Shown: one piece after another, positions 20,609 through 30,531 of the stretch | Position numbering within the stretch: the first letter of the stretch is position 1 | How the letters are laid out: every line of letters begins with the position of its first letter | From: a bacterium | GTDB lineage: Bacteria; SAR324; NAC60-12 | Assembly (NCBI GenBank): GCA_965209155.1 | Contig: OZ242383.1 | Coordinates: forward strand, 3,424,001 to 3,488,000 | Direction of reading: 5' to 3' | DNA length: 64,000 bases | Made by a program: the position numbers and the translations under genes | Notes under the pieces: generated by a model | Seen by the model: the letters and a program-made list of their open reading frames with translations, nothing else | Database searches by the model: none | Told to the model about the DNA's origin: nothing

Positions 20609-22265
20609 GTACCAGCCGAAGTTGCTTTACTCCACTTGCAAAGTCGATACCCACCCTGTCCGCTTCGCGTCCATAATGACGTAAATCAGAGTTTTATCTT
20701 TTATTATGATACAATTATTTTAAAATTTTGATCTTGTTTTATTACAAAGATATTAGTAATAATGTCTTATTTTATAACAAAAGCTATGCTTGTACAACGC
20801 GGCGAAAATTCTTTTATAGTTGAAGTTCCTCAGGCATGACACGGAAGTGATAAACGAACTTTTACCGCAGTCCAGCTTGAAGACAAATTGAAGAATTAAT
20901 GAGCGATATTCTGCTGTGTTCCCACGATTGATTCTCTCTCAATTAAAAGACTGGGCTGCTTCTTCCGACAGAAAACCTTTGATTCTGCGAGGAGCTCGAC
21001 AGGTGGGCAAAACAGTAGCCGTTCAATTGTTTGGAAAACAATTTGATCATTTCATTCACCTCAACCTGGATATCCCGCAAGAAGGTGATATCTTTCGGCG
21101 CAAATTGCCAATTCACGACCTTTACCAGGCCATTTTACTGAGACATCAAATTACAGCTGACAAGCGGTCCGTTCTTTTATTTTTGGATGAGATTCAGAAC
21201 TGCCCTGAAGCAGTGGAAATGCTGCGTTATTTCTACGAAAGTTTGCCGAAAGTCCATGTCATTGCGGCCGGCTCTTTGTTGGAAATCGCTCTCCATGAAA
21301 AGCATATCAGTTTTCCTGTAGGCCGGGTGGAGCACCGCTTTATGTATCCGCTGACCTTTGAAGAATTTCTCATTGCACTCCAAGCGGACCAGGCGGTGGA
21401 ACTCCTCCATACGATCCCTTTCCCTTCCTTTGCTTATGATACGGTTTTGGATTATTTCCATCGCTATACACTGATTGGCGGGATGCCGGAAGTCGTTGCC
21501 CAATATTTACAAACTCGCGATGTCGCTACCTTACCCCATATCTATAGTGCCCTGTTGATCTCCTATACGGATGATATTGAAAAATATGCCCGCAATTCCA
21601 CTATGGCCTCTATTTTGAGACATTGTTTGGAAACCGCCCCCTTTGTTGCGGGCGAAAGAATTGCATTTGCCGGTTTTGGAAAATCGAATTATCGATCACG
21701 TGAAGTGGGCGAAGCCTTGAGGACCCTGCAGCGAGCCATGCTCATTACGTTAGTCTACCCCTCGACAGCCTTAGAAATTCCCATAATTCCTGATCTTAAA
21801 AAAAAACCGCGTCTGCAATTCCTGGACACCGGCTTGCTCAATTTTTGTGTAGGTTTACAAGGACAATATTTTCTCTACTCCGACTTGCACTCTTTTTACA
21901 AAGGCATCCTGGCAGAACATATTGTGGGTCAAGAGTTGATCAGCCATGTGGTCAACAACCGAAAAAAGCAGTGTTTCTGGGTACGTGAAAAGAACCAATC
22001 GCAGGCAGAAGTCGATTTTATCATACAGTATCGCGAACAAATTGTCCCGATTGAAGTGAAAGCTGGTGCTAGCGGAAAACTGAGGTCTCTGCATCAATTC
22101 ATAGACCGCAGCCCGCATCCTTTTGCCGTTCGCCTTTATTCCGGAAAGTTAGAAAAACAACAGACCATCACCACTGGGGGAAAGCCATTTACTTTGCTCA
22201 ATTTACCTTATTTCCTCGCCTCTCGAGTTCAAGCCTATCTGGACGGGATGCTCCATCCTTCCTGA
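20595..22265. repeat. 14-bp direct repeat TCCATCCTTCCTGA bracketing the DUF4143 ATPase islet
   Basis: Identical copies at 20595-20608 (end of ndk) and 22252-22265 (end of ATPase gene). Confidence 0.75.
20916..22265 (+). CDS. AAA+ ATPase with DUF4143 and C-terminal PD-(D/E)XK-like domain
   Basis: RKPLILRGARQVGKT, LFLDEIQ, AAGSLL, FPVGRV, GGMPE, EVDFII..PIEVKAG. Confidence 0.9.
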   Translation: MFPRLILSQLKDWAASSDRKPLILRGARQVGKTVAVQLFGKQFDHFIHLNLDIPQEGDIFRRKLPIHDLYQAILLRHQITADKRSVLLFLDEIQNCPEAVEMLRYFYESLPKVHVIAAGSLLEIALHEKHISFPVGRVEHRFMYPLTFEEFLIALQADQAVELLHTIPFPSFAYDTVLDYFHRYTLIGGMPEVVAQYLQTRDVATLPHIYSALLISYTDDIEKYARNSTMASILRHCLETAPFVAGERIAFAGFGKSNYRSREVGEALRTLQRAMLITLVYPSTALEIPIIPDLKKKPRLQFLDTGLLNFCVGLQGQYFLYSDLHSFYKGILAEHIVGQELISHVVNNRKKQCFWVREKNQSQAEVDFIIQYREQIVPIEVKAGASGKLRSLHQFIDRSPHPFAVRLYSGKLEKQQTITTGGKPFTLLNLPYFLASRVQAYLDGMLHPS

Positions 22266-22351
22266 ATGAGAAAAGCGCAACTCAAGATAGGCTCTCGACG
22301 GGGGACGGCAAGCGAGTGTTGCCGTCCCTGGTGGGTCATTTGATGATGCGC

Positions 22352-24118
22352 TTAGAATCCCATTTCTTTCTTCAGCGCCTGGTCGACCCAGACCCGGGTC
22401 AAGACCGTCGAATAATGGCCATTTTTGGAGACACTGACCTCGCCGTTGTAACCCTTGATCCACGGCTGGGCGACGTTGAACTGGGGGGTCAGGGGACCCG
22501 TGATAATCCATTGCAGTTCGGAGAGGCGCAAATTCGCCGCTTTGGCCCACCGATTAAACTCCTCGATGGTGGCAGCGGTGTGGGCACGCTGCCAGAGTTC
22601 ATCATATTTCGAATCGCTCCCCGCAGCCCCGTTCCACATGTCCCCAGTGGTCCACCTTTCTAGTTGTGTGGCTTCATACGTTATGGCCGTGACCGCACCG
22701 ATCAATCCCTCTGCAGTATTGTCTCTCCAATACGCCGTGGTTTGTGTCGCGTCGGCCGTGTAGTTCTCGACTTCCACGCCAATCGCACGCCAATAAGCAG
22801 TGACGAGTTCCGCGTAGCTTGGATCGGCGCGCACGTCGTAGTCCAAACGGGTCTTGAAGCCATTGGGGTGGCCCGCTTCAGCCAGCAGCTTTTTCGCGCC
22901 TTCCGGATCATAGCGGTAGTAGGGCTTGATCTCTTCGGGCCACTCCTCGAAGGGCGTACCCACTCCCGCCTTGGAATTGGCCATCAGTCCGTTCGGGGTC
23001 GGATCGCCAAAACCGCTGAAGAAGGTCTCATTGATCGTCTCCAGGTCCAGCGCCATCTGCATGGCCTGGCGCACCCGGATGTCATTGAAGGGCGGTTTGT
23101 TGATATTGTTGAATACAAATCCGGTGCCGGCCCGAAAATCGAAGTTCCACATCTTGATCTCGGGATTGGTCTGGCGCAGGCTTTTGACCTGATCGATGGA
23201 GCGCAATTGAGAGTCGCCGGCCGTCCCGAGAATATCAATCTTCCCCGAGCGCAGGGCCGCCAGCCGGGTCGCCATATCCGTCATGACGATGGCGTTGATC
23301 TCGTCAACGTAGGGCAAACGGTTTGCAGGAAACTTCTCGTCGAAGCCCCAGTAGTTGTCAACCCGGGTCCACTTCATAGCACGGCCTTCGTCGTAGTTCG
23401 CCAGCTCCATGGGCCCCGTGCCCACCAGGTTCCTCCAATCGGTAATGTCCCCGTGTTCTTTAATGACCTCCGGAGGGTAGATCTGGGACTCCCAGCCGTC
23501 GAGTAATTTAGCCAAGGAGTGCAGGTCTGGCCGCTTCAGCTTAAAGACCACCGTCCATTTGTCAGTGGCCGTTACCGAATCAATGATTTCTTTTTTAGTC
23601 CCAGTCACGGGGCTGACTTCCGTGAAGCCGCTGCCCAGCCCATAGAGACGATGAAAGTTGAATTCGACATCGCTGGCGGTCAATTCTCTGCCATTCATTG
23701 GAGCCTTGTCGTGCCAGTTCACCCCCTTGCGGACGTGGACGATGATCGTGGTCGGGTCGGGGGTCAACCACCGTTCCGCCAACGCCCCTCGAAATACAGA
23801 CCAGGGCATGTCGTAGGTCCGCAAGTGATTGATTTTCCGATCGATCGCCCAATCCGCGATGACGAGCTTCTCGGTGACCTCGCTGACGAAATGGGTCGCC
23901 CAGCCGCCGATGAACCAGGCATCGGTATGCTCCCCATGGTTGGGCCGGCCATAGGTAATGGTCCCGCCATACTGCGGCGCTTCCACCATCTCGCCGGTGC
24001 TGGGGTCCAACACCATCTCGGCTGCGATGACCGAACTGACCCCGAAAGCGGCCACCATCAGGATGAAGGTTAATAAAAATGATTGAATCGTTCTTTTTTC
24101 TTTTACGAACTTTGTCAT
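22352..24118 (-). CDS. Family-5 (peptide/nickel-type) ABC transporter substrate-binding protein, orphan
   Basis: Signal peptide, PQYGG, GRELTASDV, GTGPMEL, PFNDIRVRQAM, YDPEGAKKLLAEAGHPNGF. Confidence 0.92.
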   Translation of the reverse strand: MTKFVKEKRTIQSFLLTFILMVAAFGVSSVIAAEMVLDPSTGEMVEAPQYGGTITYGRPNHGEHTDAWFIGGWATHFVSEVTEKLVIADWAIDRKINHLRTYDMPWSVFRGALAERWLTPDPTTIIVHVRKGVNWHDKAPMNGRELTASDVEFNFHRLYGLGSGFTEVSPVTGTKKEIIDSVTATDKWTVVFKLKRPDLHSLAKLLDGWESQIYPPEVIKEHGDITDWRNLVGTGPMELANYDEGRAMKWTRVDNYWGFDEKFPANRLPYVDEINAIVMTDMATRLAALRSGKIDILGTAGDSQLRSIDQVKSLRQTNPEIKMWNFDFRAGTGFVFNNINKPPFNDIRVRQAMQMALDLETINETFFSGFGDPTPNGLMANSKAGVGTPFEEWPEEIKPYYRYDPEGAKKLLAEAGHPNGFKTRLDYDVRADPSYAELVTAYWRAIGVEVENYTADATQTTAYWRDNTAEGLIGAVTAITYEATQLERWTTGDMWNGAAGSDSKYDELWQRAHTAATIEEFNRWAKAANLRLSELQWIITGPLTPQFNVAQPWIKGYNGEVSVSKNGHYSTVLTRVWVDQALKKEMGF

Positions 24119-24385
24119 AAATCCTCCTTATTGGTTTGACAAAGGTGATCCCCTGAAACAAGGGCATTTAAGGACCCGTGGAAACCGTTTGAAATTCCGG
24201 GCCTTCTTCACCCACCATTGGGTAAATGAAAGTCCTGTATACGCCCCCCCCCGGAAATGTCAAGAAAAAAATGCAAAAAAATCAAATCCGGTTTTCAAAA
24301 TTTAAAAACTCAAAGTTGTGGTTTTTTGAGTTGATAAGAGAAATCTTGGAGATTTTTATCGGTTCAGAGCAGGAAACGGTTTTCT

Positions 24386-25300
24386 TTATTGTAGAGAGGC
24401 AAAAATCGAACAGTAACTTTGATATCGAATGGGAGAAATCTTTTTTTCGGCCACGGCGTACCGCACGCCACAATCGGGTTCGTGTCGATGAGTACACCCT
24501 TTGAAGCGGCATTGAAGGCGTGCTTGTTCAAACTCCACAAAATACCGATCCAATTCTCCGGGAACCACTCGAGAAAGTCCCAATTCTCGAACACCTGGCG
24601 TATCAGCCACGTATCCACCCCCTGGCAAGCGATGCATTTCCGGCATGACGGTGGTGTGTCTCCCTTTTTGAGTGATTGAGTTCAAACGACCGATTTTGAT
24701 GTTCCACCGCGGGAACAAGGCTTTCAGCAATGAAGATTTTCCCACGCCTGAATGCCCGGCCAGAACGCAAGTTTGATTTTTTAATAAATCATGGAAGCGA
24801 TTAAGCCCTGCACGGGAAATCACGCTGGTCAACAAAACCGGATATCCCAGACTCTGGTAAGATTCCCGGATGGCATGGATGGCTTTCGTTTCTCCCAAAT
24901 CCACTTTATTGAGGACGAGGGTGGGACGGAGCCCGCCTTTTTGAGCAGTGATCAGGTAACGATCCACCATCCCGGATCGAAATGACGGATTCTTGATAGA
25001 ACTGACTATCAGTAAATGGTCTACGTTACTGATCAAAACCTGTTCGTCTTTCCCTTCTTTAACAGGACGAGCCAGTTGACTGCGGCGTGGTAGAATTTTG
25101 TAAATCCATCCTGCATCTTCTGCCGCATTGGGATCAATTTCCACCCGATCTCCCACAGCAACCGGGTTTTTTTGAATTTTTTCCTGAAATAGATTTCCCT
25201 TGATCCGGCATAAATGCACAGTATCGGCAACATCGACATAATAAAATCCCTTGACTCGTTTCAAAACTGTACCGACTTGACGATGGCTCTGATCTGGCAT
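24386..25300 (-). CDS. rsgA: Ribosome small subunit-dependent GTPase A
   Basis: VGDRV, NKVDL, GHSGVGKSSL, GRHTT, DTPG, CRFKGCTHRHEPDC zinc motif. Confidence 0.96.
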   Translation of the reverse strand: MPDQSHRQVGTVLKRVKGFYYVDVADTVHLCRIKGNLFQEKIQKNPVAVGDRVEIDPNAAEDAGWIYKILPRRSQLARPVKEGKDEQVLISNVDHLLIVSSIKNPSFRSGMVDRYLITAQKGGLRPTLVLNKVDLGETKAIHAIRESYQSLGYPVLLTSVISRAGLNRFHDLLKNQTCVLAGHSGVGKSSLLKALFPRWNIKIGRLNSITQKGRHTTVMPEMHRLPGGGYVADTPGVRELGLSRVVPGELDRYFVEFEQARLQCRFKGCTHRHEPDCGVRYAVAEKKISPIRYQSYCSIFASLQ

Positions 25301-25766
25301 CTGCTTCTAGGAGAGGAATAGGGAAGAAGGGAGAGAAAAGGTACCGTTTTCTATTGGAAGAGAAGGGGTTGCCATTTGTGAAATTCGTGTTAACTTTATT
25401 ATTCAATCCCTGAAAAATGACGATTTCGGATTATCCCAACAGTGTTTTATCCTCTTTCCTATTGGAACAGGAAGGGGCATTTTGTTGGGATAAATCGTAA
25501 AACAAACGCATGGTCGGGATTGCTCCCGGGAGTAACGGAACGATTTTCGCAATTCTCGAAGTCTCGTAAAATACCATAGTTTTGAATGCAACGGTACGGA
25601 TTTTGTAATTCATTAAAATAAAACCGAATTCATTCTTGATTCCCGGGTGGAATTCACGAATGATCAACATTTTCAATTTTTGTATAACATCAATAATATG
25701 GATGGATAAATGAAAAGAAAAAAAGGGTTTTATCAAAACTGGAAAATCAACTATCGAATTAACTCC

Positions 25767-26204
25767 ATGGTCAGGGTTTTGCTTGTAATTGTTGTGGGTC
25801 TCGCAATTGCTCCGCAAACCTGGGCTCTTTGCGTTCAAGTAAAAAAGGCAAACCTGCGTCAAGGACCGAGTACGAAATACGAAAAGCTCTGGGAAGTGTA
25901 CCAGTACATGCCTTTCAAGAAGCTGGAAGCAAAAGGGGACTGGCTGAAGGTTTCCGACGTCGATGGAGACATCTATTGGATTTACAAGAATCTCACCACT
26001 GAGGAGTATCATTGCGCAGTGATCAAGATCGACAAAGCAAATCTGCGTGAAGGTCCCGGAACAAATTATTCCCAGGTGTCCTGGAGCCCGAGGGATAAAT
26101 ATTATTCAATGAAAGTGCTCAATATTCAAGGGAAATGGGTCCGCATCGAAGACTACGAGGGAGATGTCGCATGGATCCATCGATCCCTGGTTTGGATTCA
26201 GTAG
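25767..26204 (+). CDS. Exported protein with two bacterial SH3 domains
   Basis: Signal peptide then two ANLRxGP..WxxxxDxxGDxxWI repeats; alternative start 25710. Confidence 0.85.
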   Translation: MVRVLLVIVVGLAIAPQTWALCVQVKKANLRQGPSTKYEKLWEVYQYMPFKKLEAKGDWLKVSDVDGDIYWIYKNLTTEEYHCAVIKIDKANLREGPGTNYSQVSWSPRDKYYSMKVLNIQGKWVRIEDYEGDVAWIHRSLVWIQ

Positions 26205-26215
26205 TTCACGAAATG

Positions 26216-27118
26216 TCATTGAAGCACTTGAAACCAGCCTTTATCCGCGTCCAGGGATACTAATGAACCCAGGGGAAGGGTGACACTGACTGGTCCGTGT
26301 CCGGATGGGAGTTTGCAGGCAACCGGGAAACGAACACCTTTGAAAAAATCGCTCAACATTTCCCACAAGATCGAATCCGTTCCTTCGCAGCCAACCATCT
26401 CCCCCAAAATCAGTCCCTGGAGATTGTCCAGTTTTTCCGCATTTTTTAAATGCGTGAGCATCCGGTCCACTCGGTAGGGAGCCTCGGCCGTGTCTTCCAG
26501 AAATAATATTTTACCCTCCGTATCTATTTCATAAAAGGTTCCCAGAGAAGCCACAACCAGGGAGAGGCAACCCCCCGTGAGGACGCCGGTCGCTTTTCCG
26601 TGGCGGAGCGCTTGCACCGGAAGGAGTGGGAGATGCTTTGCGGAAAACAGCGTCTCATACAAGAATCGTTGGGTTTCTTGATTTCCCACGCTTTCCAGAA
26701 ATTGGGCAGTGGCCAGGTTGGGACCGTGGAAAACCACCATCCGGCATATTTTTTGTAGATAGAGCAGCAGGCTGGTGGCATCGCTCGAAGCGACAACGAT
26801 TTTTTGATGCCCTGCTATCGCGGAAGAATCCATCAATCTCAAAATCCGGGAAGCCCCATATCCTCCCCTGGTGACAAATAGGGCCTTCAGGTTTGAATCC
26901 GTATAAAAATCTTGAAATTGCCTGGCGCGATGGCGATCGTTTCCTGCCAGGTAAAAATGACGAAGATCCCAACCCGGCTGTAACTTGACTTGCAAACCCC
27001 AACTCTCCAATATAGCGATGGCTTCTGTGACCAGGCGCTCCCGTCCACGGGGTTGATGACTACAAGGAGCGACCAGTCCGACCTGGTCGCCGGGTCTGAG
27101 TTTTTGAGGAATCTTCAC
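26216..27118 (-). CDS. LD-carboxypeptidase (peptidase S66)
   Basis: YLAGND, RGGYGA, FHGP, GGCLS, ILFLED, PSGH. Confidence 0.9.
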   Translation of the reverse strand: MKIPQKLRPGDQVGLVAPCSHQPRGRERLVTEAIAILESWGLQVKLQPGWDLRHFYLAGNDRHRARQFQDFYTDSNLKALFVTRGGYGASRILRLMDSSAIAGHQKIVVASSDATSLLLYLQKICRMVVFHGPNLATAQFLESVGNQETQRFLYETLFSAKHLPLLPVQALRHGKATGVLTGGCLSLVVASLGTFYEIDTEGKILFLEDTAEAPYRVDRMLTHLKNAEKLDNLQGLILGEMVGCEGTDSILWEMLSDFFKGVRFPVACKLPSGHGPVSVTLPLGSLVSLDADKGWFQVLQ

Positions 27119-27189
27119 GGGTTGTCTCTCGTTTCAGGAGGAAAACTCTTCAAGGTCGATCATAGCACAATCATTGGCAGAGGGTCATA

Positions 27190-27933
27190 TTGGAAGTTCC
27201 CGATTTACTGATCATGTTTGTGCGCTATCCCAGGATAGGCGCTGTGAAAACCAGGATGACCCAACATGAACACTCTCCAAATCCTTTATCTCCTCATGAA
27301 ACCCTTGAGTTGTACAAAGCGTTCTTAGCCGACTGGATCCCCCGTCTGAAAACAGGGGCGGGTTTTGATTTGCGGATTATGTTGGGAGGAGCGCAAAGAG
27401 AGGAAATGGAAGCATTTCGCCGGCGTTATTCCTTGCATCCTTCTCAACTGAAACAGATGCCCGCTACCCCGAGTGACCTGGGCGCTTTGATGGAACATTG
27501 CTTCGAGCAGGGTTTCCATGAAGGATATACCGGTATCGCATTGATAGGCAGTGATGCGCCTCAAATTCCGATGCTGCGCATCCGGCGAGTTTTTGAAAAT
27601 TTGAAAAAGACTCCCATCGTGATTGGCCCCGACAATGGGGGAGGTATGTACCTGATCGCCTGTTCCCGTCCTTTGGGAATCATGAAAAAAGGCATCACCT
27701 GGGGTCAGGGATTGGACCTGCAAGCAATCCTCCACCGTTGTCAGCGCCAGGCGATTGCTTACCAGCTTCTTCCGGTGGAGATAGACCTGGATACCAGCGA
27801 CGATTTGATAGACTGGTACGACATGCGGCATTCCATCAATGCGGAAGCTTCAACCTTCAAAGATGCTTGCCCGCATACGCTTTCCTTCGTCGAACAATGG
27901 ATGAGCGCACTTTCTCACAGAGGACGGGAATAG
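27190..27933 (+). CDS. DUF2064 / TIGR04282-like glycosyltransferase-fold protein
   Basis: PRIGAVKTRM, DLGALM, IGSDAP, IGPDNGGGMYLI, DLDTSDDL. Confidence 0.8.
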   Translation: MEVPDLLIMFVRYPRIGAVKTRMTQHEHSPNPLSPHETLELYKAFLADWIPRLKTGAGFDLRIMLGGAQREEMEAFRRRYSLHPSQLKQMPATPSDLGALMEHCFEQGFHEGYTGIALIGSDAPQIPMLRIRRVFENLKKTPIVIGPDNGGGMYLIACSRPLGIMKKGITWGQGLDLQAILHRCQRQAIAYQLLPVEIDLDTSDDLIDWYDMRHSINAEASTFKDACPHTLSFVEQWMSALSHRGRE

Positions 27934-28610
27934 TAGAGCTGGTAGATTTTTTTGCTGCTCATTCCCAAAAAGTTGAGCAAGAGGACTTTATTCATCAGCC
28001 ATAAATAACGATAAAATCCCAATTGATGAAACTTACGGGATGAGGGAAAAATTGGCGCGTTGATGAAGCGGAAACTGAAAGGTTTCAAGAAATGGTTTAT
28101 TTTCAGATCTTCGAGGATATATTCTTGAGGGAAGCCTCCAATCGCTTCAAACACATGTCTGCGCACGCACAAACCCTGGTCTCCATAAATGATTTTCAGG
28201 TAACGGCTTCTCGCATTGGAAAATTTTTCCAGGAGGCGGAATTTCCAGGAATTTTCCGGAAATCGGATTCTGAAACAGGAGTAATCACAACGCACTTCAC
28301 GCCACAGTGATCGCAGGGCCTCCACTGCCTGAGCCGAAATCAAAGTATCGGCAGGTAAAAAGAGAACACTTTCCGCTTGAATGTGCGCAGCCCCCGTATT
28401 CCAACATTGCCCTCGAGAAAAAAAGACTTCTGCAGGGACTTCGATTCGTTTGACGGAAAATTGCCGGCAAACTTGCTGGCATTCATCGCTGCTATGGTTG
28501 TCCACGATGACGATCTCTTCAAAACAAGCAGTCAACTCCGGTAGTGTTCGGGTCAATGCTTGGGCGTCGTTGCGTACCGAAATGACGACACCCGGAAGGG
28601 AATTAAGCAT
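27915..28610 (-). CDS. GT2 glycosyltransferase, TIGR04283-like
   Basis: IVDNHSSD, RGQCWNTGA, LFLPADT, YGDQGL, GGFP..ILED, SSRKF. Confidence 0.8.
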   Translation of the reverse strand: MLNSLPGVVISVRNDAQALTRTLPELTACFEEIVIVDNHSSDECQQVCRQFSVKRIEVPAEVFFSRGQCWNTGAAHIQAESVLFLPADTLISAQAVEALRSLWREVRCDYSCFRIRFPENSWKFRLLEKFSNARSRYLKIIYGDQGLCVRRHVFEAIGGFPQEYILEDLKINHFLKPFSFRFINAPIFPSSRKFHQLGFYRYLWLMNKVLLLNFLGMSSKKIYQLYYSRPL

Positions 28611-28668
28611 AGGAATCGAATAGAATTTGAAAAGAAATCGATTGAGAAAAATGTCGATATATCGGGCT

Positions 28669-29664
28669 TCAGTTCTCCACGCTCGTTTCAGGGTCCCGGC
28701 GAAGGCGATATTCTCCACTATGGAGCAGGTAAGGAATCACCCCCAGTAGAAATACCGTCAATTGAACGATGATAAATAAATTGAAGATATCGGCCCCTTC
28801 GGAAATTCCCACGTAGCGGTAGAGCTCCCCGAATGCCAAATGTCCCACTCCCACCCCTCCGGGAGTAATGGGAAGGGCCACGACTATCAAGCCAAGAGGC
28901 ATTATGAAAAACTGAGTGGCCAGGTTCAGTTCTTCCACTCCCAGCATTCTGGCGATTTGAAAAAACAAAAAAGCAACGCTGCTGTGAAGTATTATGGACA
29001 TCAACAAAGTAACCACCAGAGTCAGTTTCTGGTGTTGGTAGATTTTGAACGCCCGGTATGCATTCACTGTCCATTTCTTTCCCGGTAAATTACTCAGCAA
29101 GCGCGCAAAGGGGTCGTTTTCTTCTTTGAAGGGAAAAATTACAATGACGTAAAATAAAATGGTAGCGGCAAACAACCCGCAGATCGTCCAAACTAAAGGA
29201 ATCAGCGCCGGTTGGCCGGCAATGAGGTTGAGGTTGAATACCAGCGCGAAAAAAGCCATCACAACCAGTCCGAATAAGCCTACGAAACGGTCTATCAACA
29301 CGGTTGCGAAGGCAGGTGTTTTCCCTTCCTTTTCCTGGGCTTGGATGATGTAGTATCCTTTGACCACATCACCGCTGACTGCGCCCGGGAGGGCGGTGTT
29401 GAAAAAATTTCCGATCCACGTCAAAAGATTGGCCCGCGTCCAGGGAACCGGCAAGCCGATCGCTCTCAGCAATAGCCACCAACGAAACGCTGCCAGGGGA
29501 ACTATCCAGAAAGTCAAAACTACCACTAATGTGAACAAGACCTCGGGATGCTCCCCGAACAACAACAAGCGCTCGAAATTCAAACGGTCATTGGCGATCA
29601 GGTAATAAAAAATCCCAACAACCAGCGCAAGTTTCAGCACATTGACAATTGTTTTTTTCCACAT
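28669..29664 (-). CDS. Lysylphosphatidylglycerol-synthase TM domain / UPF0104 flippase-like protein
   Basis: RWWLLL, FFNTALPGAVSGD, DRFVG, LPITPGGVGV. Confidence 0.85.
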   Translation of the reverse strand: MWKKTIVNVLKLALVVGIFYYLIANDRLNFERLLLFGEHPEVLFTLVVVLTFWIVPLAAFRWWLLLRAIGLPVPWTRANLLTWIGNFFNTALPGAVSGDVVKGYYIIQAQEKEGKTPAFATVLIDRFVGLFGLVVMAFFALVFNLNLIAGQPALIPLVWTICGLFAATILFYVIVIFPFKEENDPFARLLSNLPGKKWTVNAYRAFKIYQHQKLTLVVTLLMSIILHSSVAFLFFQIARMLGVEELNLATQFFIMPLGLIVVALPITPGGVGVGHLAFGELYRYVGISEGADIFNLFIIVQLTVFLLGVIPYLLHSGEYRLRRDPETSVEN

Positions 29665-29803
29665 TTTATATTCTGAATCCGGCTGTCTCGTCTACAAGTG
29701 GAGCAGAAGTCTTGCTACAATCATGAATAGGTTCAAAATCAAAGTAATCCACATTGCCCGATTGATTTAGTGGAGCATTTCGTCGTGTTGTCATGCGCTT
29801 GAG

Positions 29804-30496
29804 TTAAAAATAAAGACTGACGATCCGCTTCTGGTTCCGGGCGAAGCAGCAAGCGCCTTTGAGTTGCAAAGGGGATTGTATCACTTTTCTGATTCGCGCG
29901 TTTGTGGAAAGCGCGTTCAATTCATCCCGAAGGTCACCTCCTTTGTAAGCATGCAATACCGCGCCAGGTGCGCGCAAGCCGCGTGTCCATTTTTCAAGAG
30001 ATTTCAAGGGAGCCACTGCTCGAGCCGTGAGGATGGAAAAACGCTTTTGGTAGTAGGATTGTTCCGCCAGTCGTTCTGCTCGACCCGCCACGGCCCATGC
30101 GTTGGTGAGCGCCAATTTTGCAATTATCTCCTGCACCATCCTTATTTTTTTCCCGGTTCCGTCAATTAACGTGAAACGGGCGCCGGGACATGCGATGGCG
30201 AGAGCAATCCCTGGCAATCCTCCCCCGGTTCCAATATCACAAACTTCCGCGTTTTCGGGGATCTTGAAGAAAACAAGGAGAGCCAGGCTGTGCAATACAT
30301 GGTTTTCCCATATTCGAGCGTTGTCTTTCCTTGAAATCAAGTTGAGTTGTTGGTTGGCCTCGATCAGCAGGGTCACCCACTTTTGCAGTTGCATCCATTG
30401 CCGACTATCGAGGCGAATTCGATTGGCTTGCAAAATGGATTGAACGAAGGATTGTGACTTTCCTGGTTCGGTGCTGCTCCCGCTCTCGGTTTTCAT
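29804..30496 (-). CDS. rsmG: 16S rRNA m7G527 methyltransferase
   Basis: NLIS, HVLHSL, DIGTGGGLPG, RAE, TARAVA, YKG. Confidence 0.94.
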   Translation of the reverse strand: MKTESGSSTEPGKSQSFVQSILQANRIRLDSRQWMQLQKWVTLLIEANQQLNLISRKDNARIWENHVLHSLALLVFFKIPENAEVCDIGTGGGLPGIALAIACPGARFTLIDGTGKKIRMVQEIIAKLALTNAWAVAGRAERLAEQSYYQKRFSILTARAVAPLKSLEKWTRGLRAPGAVLHAYKGGDLRDELNALSTNARIRKVIQSPLQLKGACCFARNQKRIVSLYF

Positions 30497-30531
30497 GAGA
30501 TTCTTGCGATGTTTTTTATATCATCATAGCG

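Noticed and set aside
22302..22328. Intrinsic terminator
   Set aside because: Strong stem but no U-tract on either strand.
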